From Bacteroidales bacterium (GTDB taxonomy: Bacteria > Bacteroidota > Bacteroidia > Bacteroidales > G3-4614): a stretch of DNA of 64,000 bases. The DNA lies in contig JAFYPQ010000048.1 in the NCBI GenBank assembly GCA_017559955.1, positions 6,450-70,449 of the forward strand, written 5' to 3'. Each line of letters opens with the position of its first letter. Position 1 is the stretch's first letter. Positions 55,543 to 64,000 of the stretch are shown one piece after another. Under the pieces are notes generated by a model. It made no database searches and was not told where the DNA came from. It was given only the letters and a program-made list of their open reading frames with translations. The translations under genes were made by a program, and so were the position numbers.

Positions 55543-56742
55543 TTATAATGCAGATACAATCTCTTCTGTATCTTTTGCAATCATCAACTCTTCATCTGTT
55601 GGTATTACAACTACTTTTACGGCAGAATCGGCTGATGAAATCACAATCTCCTCACCACGAGAGTTGTTTTTCTCATCATCAATCTTAATTCCAAGATATG
55701 TCAATCTCTCGCAAATGTTTTTACGAGAATTTATCTGATTCTCTCCTACTCCGCCGGTAAATACTATAATATCGACACCGTTAAGAGCCGCTGTATATGC
55801 TCCGATGTATTTTGCTATACGATAGTGATACATATCCAATGCAAGTTTTGCCTGCTCGTTACCCTCTTTTATTGCAGCATCAATTTCACGCATATCTGAA
55901 GAGACCTCCGATACTCCCATCACACCACTCTTCTTGTTTATTAGGTTTGATAGTTGCTCGGGAGTTAAGTCCTCTTTCTCCATTATGTAAATTAATGCTC
56001 CAGCATCTATATCTCCTACACGAGTTCCCATAACCAATCCCTCGACAGGAGTCAGACCCATTGATGTATCGATAGATTTACCTCCTTTTACTGCTGTAAT
56101 AGAACCTCCGTTTCCTATATGACAAGTAATAATTCTTTGCTCTTTTGCATCTACGCCAAGGAAATCGCATACTCGTTGCGATACATAACGGTGGCTTGTT
56201 CCGTGAAATCCATAACGACGTACTCCGTAGTTTTTGTACAAGTCGTAAGGAAGAGCATACATATATGCATACGAGGGTATTGTTTGATGAAAGGCTGTAT
56301 CAAACACTCCCACTTGAGGTACGTTTGGCAAAATTGCATCTACTGCCTCTATTCCTTTCATATTTGCTGGGTTATGCAAAGGAGCTATATCATAACACTC
56401 TTTGATTTTCTCTTTTACCTCGTCGGTAATCAACACAGATGTATTGAATTTTTCGCCTCCGTGTACAATGCGGTGGCCGACAGCTCCTATCTCATCAAGA
56501 GATTTTATACATCCGTACTCCTCCCCAACCAAGGTATTTAGAATAAAATCGATACCTGCTGTATGCTCAGGAATATCTTTTTCAAGAACGACTTTCTCCC
56601 CCGAAGGAAGTGTTATTTTTAGAAATGAACCTTTTAGACCTATCTTCTCAATTCCTCCTTGTGCCTCCACCGAGTGATCGGTTGTATTAAAGAGTTTGTA
56701 TTTAATTGATGAAGATCCGCAATTTAATACAAGTACTTTCAT
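55543..56742 (-). CDS. ackA: Acetate kinase
   Basis: 399 aa. MKVLVLNCGSSSIKYKLF, HRIVHGG, FHGTSH and GGVGEN motifs. Confidence 0.97.
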   Translation of the reverse strand: MKVLVLNCGSSSIKYKLFNTTDHSVEAQGGIEKIGLKGSFLKITLPSGEKVVLEKDIPEHTAGIDFILNTLVGEEYGCIKSLDEIGAVGHRIVHGGEKFNTSVLITDEVKEKIKECYDIAPLHNPANMKGIEAVDAILPNVPQVGVFDTAFHQTIPSYAYMYALPYDLYKNYGVRRYGFHGTSHRYVSQRVCDFLGVDAKEQRIITCHIGNGGSITAVKGGKSIDTSMGLTPVEGLVMGTRVGDIDAGALIYIMEKEDLTPEQLSNLINKKSGVMGVSEVSSDMREIDAAIKEGNEQAKLALDMYHYRIAKYIGAYTAALNGVDIIVFTGGVGENQINSRKNICERLTYLGIKIDDEKNNSRGEEIVISSADSAVKVVVIPTDEELMIAKDTEEIVSAL

Positions 56743-56815
56743 AATGTTATCCTTTTTACACGAACAAAACCCACTCTTTTTTTGAGTGAGTTTTATTCTG
56801 TTTATTTGTTTGTTA

Positions 56816-57832
56816 TTATTGTTTTTTCGATTTCAACTGTATTGATTGTACTGCCGCCACAGCAACTGTCATGTATATTTCCTCTGCCGTGCATCCTCTT
56901 GAAAGGTCGTTTATGGGTGCCGCCAAACCTTGAAGAATAGGACCTATGGCTTTTGCTCCGGCAAAGCGTTGAACAAGTTTGTATCCGATATTGCCTGCTT
57001 CAAGCGATGGGAATACCAATACATTTGCCTTTCCTGCAACAGGGCTTCCGGGAGCTTTTGATGCTCCAACCTCAGGAACCATAGCGGCATCTAATTGCAT
57101 CTCACCATCAAGCATAATCTCGGGGCAACGCTCTTTTGCAATACGAGTAGCCTCTATTACTTTATCTATTCTCTCATGTTTTGCACTTCCTTTTGTTGAG
57201 AAGCTCAACATCGCTACACGAGGTTCAAATCCCGCAAGTGCTTTTGTTGTCTCGGCTGTCGATATAGCAATTTGTGCCAACTCCTCGGCTGTGGGATCGG
57301 GACATACAGCACAATCTGCAAATGTCATTACACCATCCTCTCCCAAAGTATTGTCTTTAAGAACCATAATAAAGAGTCCTGAAACTACACTGATTCCGGG
57401 TGCGGTTTTTACTATTTGGAATGCAGGACGCAACACACTGCTTGTTGCATTACAAGCTCCTGCAATTTCGCCATCGGCATCGCCTTTTTTTATCATCAAC
57501 GGTGCTAAATATAATGGATCTTCCGCCAATTTAATTGCTTGCTCCATTGTCATTCCTTTTGATTTACGCAACTCATACAAATATGTTGCATACTCCTCCT
57601 TCTTAGGATTAGTCAAGGGGTTGATTATTGTTGCTCCTGAAAGATTTTTCAAGCCCAATTCTACGGCTTTTGCCTCTATCTCAGACTCATCTCCCATAAG
57701 GATAATATCAGCAACCTTATCTGCCACTAATTTGTCGGCAGCGATAAGAGTACGATTATCTCCTCCTTCCGGCAAAATTATACGTTGAATGTTCGCTTGT
57801 GCTTGCGATACGATTTTAGCTATTACGTCCAT
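56816..57832 (-). CDS. pta: Phosphate acetyltransferase
   Basis: 338 aa. PTA_PTB domain with RIILPEG, SFSTKGSAKH and GNIGYKLVQR motifs. Adjacent to ackA. Confidence 0.95.
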   Translation of the reverse strand: MDVIAKIVSQAQANIQRIILPEGGDNRTLIAADKLVADKVADIILMGDESEIEAKAVELGLKNLSGATIINPLTNPKKEEYATYLYELRKSKGMTMEQAIKLAEDPLYLAPLMIKKGDADGEIAGACNATSSVLRPAFQIVKTAPGISVVSGLFIMVLKDNTLGEDGVMTFADCAVCPDPTAEELAQIAISTAETTKALAGFEPRVAMLSFSTKGSAKHERIDKVIEATRIAKERCPEIMLDGEMQLDAAMVPEVGASKAPGSPVAGKANVLVFPSLEAGNIGYKLVQRFAGAKAIGPILQGLAAPINDLSRGCTAEEIYMTVAVAAVQSIQLKSKKQ

Positions 57833-58225
57833 ACTTTTATAGTTTTTGTTGTTTGTTTTAGCTGTTAGTTTTTTCGATATTAATTCTTAATAGACAATAC
57901 ATTAACATACTACATCAAATATAAATGCAACGTATATGCTTACATTTTTTAAGAATTCACGTTACAAAATTACAAAAAATTGCAATATCAAGATAACAAA
58001 ATGGCACTTTTTTATTCTTAATTGCATCTTTAAAAGCGGTTTTGAATTTTATCAATTAAGTTTGTTTGTTACTACATGAAAAACGTTTCAGATTTCTTTA
58101 TTATCAAGGTATTCAAATTTACAATACACCCTACTCTACAAGAGTTACAAGTATGCTGTATTTTGCTTAATAATACTTGCAACAGCTTTGATGCGTAACG
58201 AGTTTGAGATATCCCGTAATTTTGT

Positions 58226-58233
58226 TATTTTTG
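58226..58233 (+). promoter_or_regulatory. Putative -7 box for the acyltransferase/Stealth genes
   Basis: tatttttg lies 23 nt upstream of the ATG at 58256, giving a short leader. Confidence 0.3.
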
Positions 58234-58255
58234 CACTACCGATTTATTAAAGTTT

Positions 58256-59209
58256 ATGAATAAAATAGAGGAACATTATAACAGTTTGACATGGCGTCAG
58301 AAGTTGGCATTTAACATTCTATGGGTTCTCTGTTGCATAGTTCGTTTTATGCCCCGTTGGTTTCGCTTTGGAGTTATAAGACCTTTCTTATCGTGGATAT
58401 TCCGACTTATCGGTTATCGACGAGATGTTATTCTTCGCAACCTCGCAAATGCATTTCCCGAAAAATCGGAGTTGGAGAGACAAAACATAATGCGGAGATA
58501 TTATATAACTCTTGCCGAGGTGTTTGTAAATACCATATCCCTTGTAAACGCAACTCCAAAACGAGATGGTAAAGCTTTAATTTGCAGTGGTGCAAAAGAA
58601 CATATCGAAAAAAATAAGAACCGTGATTGGATAGCTATGGCTTCACATTTTGGATGTTGGGAGTTTTTCCCGATGTGGGGATGGATTGATACCGATTGTG
58701 AATTTTTAAGTGTGTATCACCCATTAAAAAATTCTGTTTTCGAACACTTCTATCTGCGTATTCGTAGTTTTGCTCCTAATATTGTTCCTGTAACCATGGC
58801 AGAGTCGCTACGTTACTATATAAAGAACAGAAACAGAGGACACAATATGGTATTGGGTCTTATCTCCGACCAAAGCCCGGTTTTGAGAGCTGATACCGAA
58901 TGGATTGATTTTCTAAATCAGCCTACAGCATTTATAGACGGTAGCGAAAAATTAGCATTACGCTTTGGTATTCCTGTATATTTTATCGATATAGAACGTC
59001 GTGCAGCAGATAGTTATCATCTAAATTTTATTGAGATATATGACGGAGAAGAGTCTGTTGCTCCAAATGAGATTACACGTCGTTATGCCGAAAAACTTGA
59101 AAGTATGATACGCAAATCACCGGAATTGTGGTTATGGTCGCATAAAAGATGGAAACATACATCAGCAAAACAGGCTCGACTATTTAAAAACAAAAGCAAC
59201 AATAAATAA
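58256..59209 (+). CDS. Lysophospholipid/lipid A late acyltransferase family protein (LpxL/HtrB-like)
   Basis: 317 aa. N-terminal membrane anchor and the H(X)4(D/E) catalytic motif in MASHFGCWEFFP, as in the LpxL HFGNWE. Confidence 0.75.
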   Translation: MNKIEEHYNSLTWRQKLAFNILWVLCCIVRFMPRWFRFGVIRPFLSWIFRLIGYRRDVILRNLANAFPEKSELERQNIMRRYYITLAEVFVNTISLVNATPKRDGKALICSGAKEHIEKNKNRDWIAMASHFGCWEFFPMWGWIDTDCEFLSVYHPLKNSVFEHFYLRIRSFAPNIVPVTMAESLRYYIKNRNRGHNMVLGLISDQSPVLRADTEWIDFLNQPTAFIDGSEKLALRFGIPVYFIDIERRAADSYHLNFIEIYDGEESVAPNEITRRYAEKLESMIRKSPELWLWSHKRWKHTSAKQARLFKNKSNNK

Positions 59210-59263
59210 GAGACTATACGATATTTTAACTATATTTGTTTTTTGTAAAGAACACAACACAGA

Positions 59264-60142
59264 ATGGATATTGTAATAACCTATGTTAATGGTCTTGACC
59301 CCTTGTGGCAGCAGGAGTACTCGAAACAGACAAACACCCCTATTCTTGAAAAGCGTTTTAGAGATTGGGGGACATTAAAATATCTGTTTCGTGGTATAGC
59401 CGTTAATATGCCATATATCCAAAAAATTCACCTTGTTGTATCGGGCGAGAGTCAGGTTCCCGAATGGGTAAATCGTGATAAGGTAAATGTTGTACTGCAC
59501 AAGGATATCATACCCGCAGATTTTTTACCAACATTCAACAGCAACACAATAGAGATGCACCTGCACAACATTGCAGGACTGAGTGAGGAGTTTATATATT
59601 TCAATGACGACATCTTTCCTATGCAACCCATCAAGCCAACCGATTTTTTTATTGACGGGCGTGGTATTATAAAGATGAGCAGACATATTCTCGCTTTGGA
59701 TATGTTTAAAAAGATATGTAGAAACTCCGACCGTGTTGCTCGTAAAGCTCTTGGACTTAAACCATCACTTATGTTTTTACGTCCGCAACACACTTGTGCC
59801 CCAATGTTCCGCAGCGAAAACAAAGAGTTATACGATACGGTAAAAGAGGATATACTGGCTTCATTAACTCGTACTCGTTCCAACTCAAACATAGCTCAAT
59901 ACCTCTTTACTAATTATGTTTATTTAAAGGGACGAATAATAAATAAAAGACAATCGAAACATCAATTCTCGGTAGGTATTTCAAGTATTAGCTCTATTCA
60001 TAAATTTATCATAAATCCAAAACGCAAGCTCGTGTGCATTAATGACGTAAAGTTACCCGATGAAAGATATAAACAAATGAGAGCAATGCTTATCTCTACT
60101 TTTAATGAGAAATTCCCTTGTAAATCACAATATGAAAAATAA
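59264..60142 (+). CDS. Stealth-family hexose-1-phosphoryltransferase (CR1-CR4 protein) 1
   Basis: 292 aa. CR1 DIVITYVNGLDPLW and CR2 ...LPTFNSNTIEMHLHNIAGLSEEFIYFNDDIF. Confidence 0.85.
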   Translation: MDIVITYVNGLDPLWQQEYSKQTNTPILEKRFRDWGTLKYLFRGIAVNMPYIQKIHLVVSGESQVPEWVNRDKVNVVLHKDIIPADFLPTFNSNTIEMHLHNIAGLSEEFIYFNDDIFPMQPIKPTDFFIDGRGIIKMSRHILALDMFKKICRNSDRVARKALGLKPSLMFLRPQHTCAPMFRSENKELYDTVKEDILASLTRTRSNSNIAQYLFTNYVYLKGRIINKRQSKHQFSVGISSISSIHKFIINPKRKLVCINDVKLPDERYKQMRAMLISTFNEKFPCKSQYEK

Positions 60143-61103
60143 TCCTAAAATTGACGCCGTAATAACTTGGGTTGATGGCAACGACCCCAGACACAGAGCC
60201 AAACGTGATATGTTTGGAGACAACAAATCTCTCACCAAAGACGATATTGCAGGAGATACTCGCTACACCAGCGTTGGCGAGATAATGTATTGCGTAGCAT
60301 CAATAAACCGTTTCGCCCCTTGGATTAATAAGATATATATCGTTACAGACGAACAAAATCCTAATGTGGAGCCATTTCTTGAAAAGTATTTTCCAGAGGG
60401 ACATATTCCCGTTGAGATTGTCGATCACAAGGTTATTTTCGAAGGATACGAACAATATTTGCCTACATTCAACTCTATTTGTTTAGAGTCTATGACTTGG
60501 CGTATCCCGGGTTTAAGCGAAAGATTTATTGAGTTTAACGACGACCTTATTCTAAGTGCTCCTACTCAACCCGAAGATTTCTTCACTGAAGATGGTGTAG
60601 TATGTTATGGCAGAGAATACAGTTCTCTTATAATTCGTTTTAACGGTTTGTTTAAGTATCGCAAAGACGGCAGTAAACGTGTTACATTCAAGGGAACAAT
60701 GCTTAATGCTGCCAAATTAATAGGCAAACGTGGAAAGATAATTAAAATATACCACACTCCTAAAGCATTATTAAAGAGCATATATAAGGATTTCTTTGAA
60801 GCACACCCCGAACATCTTGAAAACAACCTTCGCTATCGTTTCCGCCACGCCAAACAGTATAATCCTCAAGAGTTAATGTACCTGATACTATACAAACAGG
60901 GACGTTGCGAATTACGCCGTGCTTACAGCCAACTGCTTTATATAAAGCCCACAGAAGAGCCTGAGTTTGTACTTGGAAGATTGGCTGAATTTGACTCGAA
61001 AGCCAACCACAAATTCGGATGTTTTAATTCGTTAGACCAAACAACAGAAGAATTGCGTAATACGATTATCGACTGGATTGAACGCCGTATAGGCTTGAAA
61101 TAA
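60132..61103 (+). CDS. Stealth-family hexose-1-phosphoryltransferase 2
   Basis: 323 aa from the ATG at 60132 (MKNNPKIDAVITWVDGNDPRH is CR1). CR2 is LPTFNSICLESMTWRIPGLSERFIEFNDDLIL. It overlaps the upstream Stealth gene by 11 nt. The ORF track start at 60105 is a non-ATG extension. Confidence 0.85.
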   Translation: MKNNPKIDAVITWVDGNDPRHRAKRDMFGDNKSLTKDDIAGDTRYTSVGEIMYCVASINRFAPWINKIYIVTDEQNPNVEPFLEKYFPEGHIPVEIVDHKVIFEGYEQYLPTFNSICLESMTWRIPGLSERFIEFNDDLILSAPTQPEDFFTEDGVVCYGREYSSLIIRFNGLFKYRKDGSKRVTFKGTMLNAAKLIGKRGKIIKIYHTPKALLKSIYKDFFEAHPEHLENNLRYRFRHAKQYNPQELMYLILYKQGRCELRRAYSQLLYIKPTEEPEFVLGRLAEFDSKANHKFGCFNSLDQTTEELRNTIIDWIERRIGLK

Positions 61104-61110
61104 TCAGCGT

Positions 61111-62187
61111 CTAATATATCTCCCTTAAATATGGTCTGCTTTTTCGAAGCTCTTTATCTTTCCATATAGTCTCATTTAAGTTAAATCGCACAGCCAGTTG
61201 CTGTTGAAAATTAAATGAGTTCGGTAATATATGGAATGATAATTTTGCCGAACAATTCACAAAGCTGTTTCTATAAAAATAGATATTTACATCGGTTTGA
61301 TTATACCATTTATCTGAGCGATAAAAGGGATCGCCTTGATACATCTGTGCAGCGAATTGTCCATAGAAAGGAAACATATCGCCACCGTAATAGAATGTAT
61401 TATCCAACCCCAAATATTTCCACGCCACATTAAACTCTACAAGAGGTCCGTTTGGAATATGTTTTTCTCCTGTTCCTCTGTGGCGTTCAATTCCCACATA
61501 GTAACCAACCCTTAAAGAGAGTGTATCTAATTTAGGGGCCAAAGATGTCAAATCAGCCCCCACATATGGCGAGATAGAGATATGATCCATTACCGCCTCT
61601 CCTACTACACGTTTTGAAGAGCGAGCTAAATGGTTCATATTAAAATAGCCTCCCAAGATAAATATTTTTGGAGTCCATCGTCCAGAAGCCAATACCATAA
61701 AAGCCTCACGACGCATCTTTGTTTGCATCTGTGTCCAATCGATATACACTTCGGCATAGCCTCTTTTTGCCTGATATTGAAACAGTGCTCCCGCTATATT
61801 CGGACGACATATTGCTATTGAATCATATTGCAAATATGAAGGAAGTTTCTCTATAAGTTGAGTTCGGGGAAACAGTCCAAAGGTCATAGAGAATCCTCTC
61901 TTAGCATATCTGTAATATAACGTAGGTGTTATCTTACTCTCTTTTACTTCTGCACCAAATGGTTGTACCCAACTTGCTCCCGCCATTAAACGATGCGAAT
62001 CGGCAAACTCCACTCCTACTTCGGGAGAAATACGTACTCCGAACAAAGTTTTATCCGAAGTCAAGGCTGTATTATACTCCCTATTATCGAAGTAGCCTAA
62101 AAAATCAATATCCCACATCAGCTTTTGTGCTGATGCGGGGTATATTACAAAAAGTAATAGAGCTATATATGCAACTCTTTTTATCAC
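61111..62187 (-). CDS. Hypothetical outer-membrane protein (beta-barrel-like)
   Basis: 358 aa. Signal peptide (YPASA|QKL), aromatic-rich alternating pattern and a C-terminal aromatic residue (...YLREIY). It starts 11 nt after the gltX stop. Confidence 0.45.
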   Translation of the reverse strand: MIKRVAYIALLLFVIYPASAQKLMWDIDFLGYFDNREYNTALTSDKTLFGVRISPEVGVEFADSHRLMAGASWVQPFGAEVKESKITPTLYYRYAKRGFSMTFGLFPRTQLIEKLPSYLQYDSIAICRPNIAGALFQYQAKRGYAEVYIDWTQMQTKMRREAFMVLASGRWTPKIFILGGYFNMNHLARSSKRVVGEAVMDHISISPYVGADLTSLAPKLDTLSLRVGYYVGIERHRGTGEKHIPNGPLVEFNVAWKYLGLDNTFYYGGDMFPFYGQFAAQMYQGDPFYRSDKWYNQTDVNIYFYRNSFVNCSAKLSFHILPNSFNFQQQLAVRFNLNETIWKDKELRKSRPYLREIY

Positions 62188-62198
62188 CTTTATTATAT

Positions 62199-63725
62199 TT
62201 ATGCTATGGGTTGTATCTTCTCTAATGCAACTTTTAAACGAGCAATTGTTTCGTCTTTACCTATTATCTCGGTAATATCAAACATATGCGGACCTCGACA
62301 CTCTCCTACAACTGCCAAACGGAAAGCATTCATTGTGTTTCCTAAATGATATTCGTTTTTGGCAATCCAACCCAAAACAACCTCTTCCAATGCAGAGGAT
62401 GCATAGTTTTCTTCTCCCTCCAAAAGAGCGACCAATTCTGTTATTATTTGTGGCATTCCCTCTTTCCAACGTTTGCGAATATCTTTTTCAGCATAACTCT
62501 CGGGAGCCTCAAAGAAGAATGATGTTTGTTGCCATAAATCTTTTGCAAAATTTATTCGAGATTTTACCAACGACACAATCTTTTCAATATCATAAGCATC
62601 AACATCTATCCCTTTATCCGACAAAATAGGCTTAAACATCTCTGCAACTTCAGTATCGCTCTTCTCTTGTATATATTTGTGGTTAAACCACTTTCCTTTC
62701 TCGTAATCGAATTTCGCTCCTGCTTTACTGCATTTCTCTATATTGAATAGTTTTATCAACTCCTCCATCGAAAGCAGTTCCTGTTCTGTCCCCGGATTCC
62801 ATCCTAATAGAGCCAAGAAGTTTACCACAGCCTCCGGCAGATAGCCACTCTCTCTGTATCCTGATGAAATTTCACCGCTTTTAGGATCTTTCCACTCTAA
62901 CGGGAATACAGGGAAACCTAAACGGTCTCCGTCTCGCTTGCTTAATTTACCGTTACCCTCGGGCTTCAACAACAATGGCAAGTGTGCAAATCGAGGCATT
63001 GTCTCTTCCCAACCAAACGCTCTGTATAGCAAAACGTGCAAGGGAGCAGAAGGCAACCACTCTTCGCCTCTTATAACGTGAGTTACCTCCATTAAGTGGT
63101 CATCTACAATATTTGCCAAGTGATATGTTGGCAGGTCATCAGCCGATTTATAAAGGACTTTATCGTCAAGCACCGATGAGTTTATAGTTACCTTACCTCT
63201 AATCATATCATCTACAACCACATCCTCATTTGGCTCAATTTTTATACGAACAACATATTTCTCTCCATCAGCTATAAGTTTTTCAACTTCTGCTTTATCC
63301 ATTACCAAAGAGTTACGCATTGTGCCTCGAGTTTTAGCATCGTATTGGAAATTTGAAATTTCGTTTCTTTTTGCTTCCAACTCCTCAGGTGTATCAAATG
63401 CAATATAGGCTTTACCTGCCTCTAATAGTTGGTTTACATATTTACGATATATATCACGACGTTCTGATTGGCGATATGGACCAAACTCTCCTCCATAATT
63501 AACACCTTCGTCAAACTTTACTCCTAACCACTCTAACGACGATATTATATAATCTTCAGCTCCGGGCACAAAACGTTGTGAGTCGGTATCTTCAATACGA
63601 AGAATCATATCTCCTCCATGTTGTTTTGCAAATAGATAGTTATATAATGCAGTTCTTACTCCGCCAATATGTAATGGTCCTGTAGGACTTGGTGCAAAAC
63701 GCACTCTTACTTTACGTTGTTCCAT
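62199..63725 (-). CDS. gltX: Glutamate--tRNA ligase
   Basis: 508 aa. HIGH-type motif [11 protein letters not shown] and KMSKS-type motif KLSKR. Confidence 0.97.
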   Translation of the reverse strand: MEQRKVRVRFAPSPTGPLHIGGVRTALYNYLFAKQHGGDMILRIEDTDSQRFVPGAEDYIISSLEWLGVKFDEGVNYGGEFGPYRQSERRDIYRKYVNQLLEAGKAYIAFDTPEELEAKRNEISNFQYDAKTRGTMRNSLVMDKAEVEKLIADGEKYVVRIKIEPNEDVVVDDMIRGKVTINSSVLDDKVLYKSADDLPTYHLANIVDDHLMEVTHVIRGEEWLPSAPLHVLLYRAFGWEETMPRFAHLPLLLKPEGNGKLSKRDGDRLGFPVFPLEWKDPKSGEISSGYRESGYLPEAVVNFLALLGWNPGTEQELLSMEELIKLFNIEKCSKAGAKFDYEKGKWFNHKYIQEKSDTEVAEMFKPILSDKGIDVDAYDIEKIVSLVKSRINFAKDLWQQTSFFFEAPESYAEKDIRKRWKEGMPQIITELVALLEGEENYASSALEEVVLGWIAKNEYHLGNTMNAFRLAVVGECRGPHMFDITEIIGKDETIARLKVALEKIQPIA

Positions 63726-63766
63726 ATGTATATTATTATTTGTATTCCGTTATTTATATTATTTTG

Positions 63767-63774
63767 CAAAGGTA
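63767..63774 (-). promoter_or_regulatory. Putative -7 box for gltX
   Basis: Plus-strand caaaggta is tacctttg on the minus strand, 41 nt upstream of the gltX ATG. Confidence 0.4.
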
Positions 63775-63844
63775 TTCATTTTTTGCGAAAAAAGAATTCT
63801 ATAAATTAATATTTTAGGCTATTGCCCGAATAAAATATTATTTG

Positions 63845-63852
63845 TACCTTTG
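63845..63852 (+). promoter_or_regulatory. Putative -7 box for rplY
   Basis: tacctttg lies 81 nt upstream of the rplY ATG. It is the same octamer as the divergent gltX box. Confidence 0.4.
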
Positions 63853-63932
63853 CATCGCTTTTTAGTATTCCGTGCGATGGGAAATTAAGGAGTAAATAAA
63901 CTTAATTTTTAGTAACACAAAATTTTTAAACA

Positions 63933-64000
63933 ATGAAAACTTTTAAATTAGAAGGCTCTCCTCGTGTAAACTTAGGTAAAAAAGAGAGCAAATCTCTTCG
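63933..64000 (+). CDS. rplY: 50S ribosomal protein L25/general stress protein Ctc (first 22 codons only; continues beyond the window)
   Basis: MKTFKLEGSPRVNLGKKESKSL matches the usual L25 N-terminus (MK.i.L.g..R...GK...k.LR). Confidence 0.65.
   Translation, partial: MKTFKLEGSPRVNLGKKESKSL

Noticed and set aside
56979-57788. Long (269 aa) plus-strand ORF antisense to pta. Similar antisense ORFs occur at 37439-38080 (213 aa, in yfhO), 18417-18893 (158 aa, in obg), 5533-5922, 24611-24997, 52929-53366 and 233-676.
   Set aside because: Each lies entirely inside a confidently identified gene on the other strand. Their translations are low-complexity (S/P/I/A-rich) with no motifs. They are the expected shadow ORFs of codon-biased genes.
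57833-58255. The longest non-coding stretch in the window (between pta and the acyltransferase), as a possible sRNA or riboswitch
   Set aside because: By eye it is a low-complexity A/T sequence with no convincing conserved stem-loops or terminator. It most likely holds only the two divergent promoters. It would need covariance-model or RNA-seq evidence.
63887-63892. Shine-Dalgarno-like aaggag in the rplY leader, and a 6-bp catcgc/gcgatg hairpin at 63853-63879
   Set aside because: The aaggag is 41 nt upstream of the ATG, too far to act as an SD, and Bacteroidota generally do not use SD pairing. The hairpin is weak with a long loop (15 nt).
1-64000. Search for CRISPR arrays, tRNA/rRNA/tmRNA genes, IS elements, prophage or known defence-system genes, and invertible-promoter inverted repeats
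   Set aside because: Intergenic regions are short (the longest is 423 bp, at 57833-58255), AT-rich and lack GC-rich structured segments or regularly spaced repeats. I saw no transposase, integrase (other than xerD), restriction, Cas, or toxin-antitoxin-like ORFs. Inverted repeats cannot be excluded without a computational scan.

Overview
An AT-rich chromosomal segment that looks like Bacteroidota, probably Bacteroidales. The evidence is gene content, TAnnTTTG-type -7 promoter boxes, no Shine-Dalgarno sequences, and the presence of T9SS genes. I call 55 protein-coding genes, 42 of them on the minus strand, and many sit in tight operons with 4-nt overlaps. I found no rRNA, tRNA, CRISPR array, IS element or prophage.

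Most of the window is housekeeping: secA (partial), tsaE, aroA, nnr, adk, obg, pnp, dprA, rbfA, aroQ, xerD, dnaX, cdd, ackA-pta, gltX and rplY (partial). There is also a porW(sprE)-porX T9SS regulatory operon and a metal ABC transporter whose permease lies 23 kb from its binding-protein and ATPase genes.

Four regions look accessory or poorly understood:
- 19.1-23.9 kb: a LytTR-only regulator with a membrane-anchored NAGPA-like partner, next to a three-gene operon of a small membrane protein and two lipoproteins of unknown function.
- 26.5-32.3 kb: a six-gene operon encoding only signal-peptide proteins of unknown function, including a ~13-repeat WG protein and two tandem small paralogs.
- 49.3-55.5 kb: a predicted surface lipoprotein plus beta-barrel pair, divergent from a CarboxypepD_reg barrel.
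- 58.3-61.1 kb: an LpxL-like acyltransferase followed by two overlapping Stealth-family hexose-1-phosphotransferase genes.

The sharpest sequence-level signal is an uninterrupted A11 slippery tract in dnaX at the domain III/IV boundary, with stop codons closing both alternative frames within 2-4 codons. This is a candidate tau/gamma recoding site.

All functional calls come from reading the translated ORFs for motifs. No database search was run.
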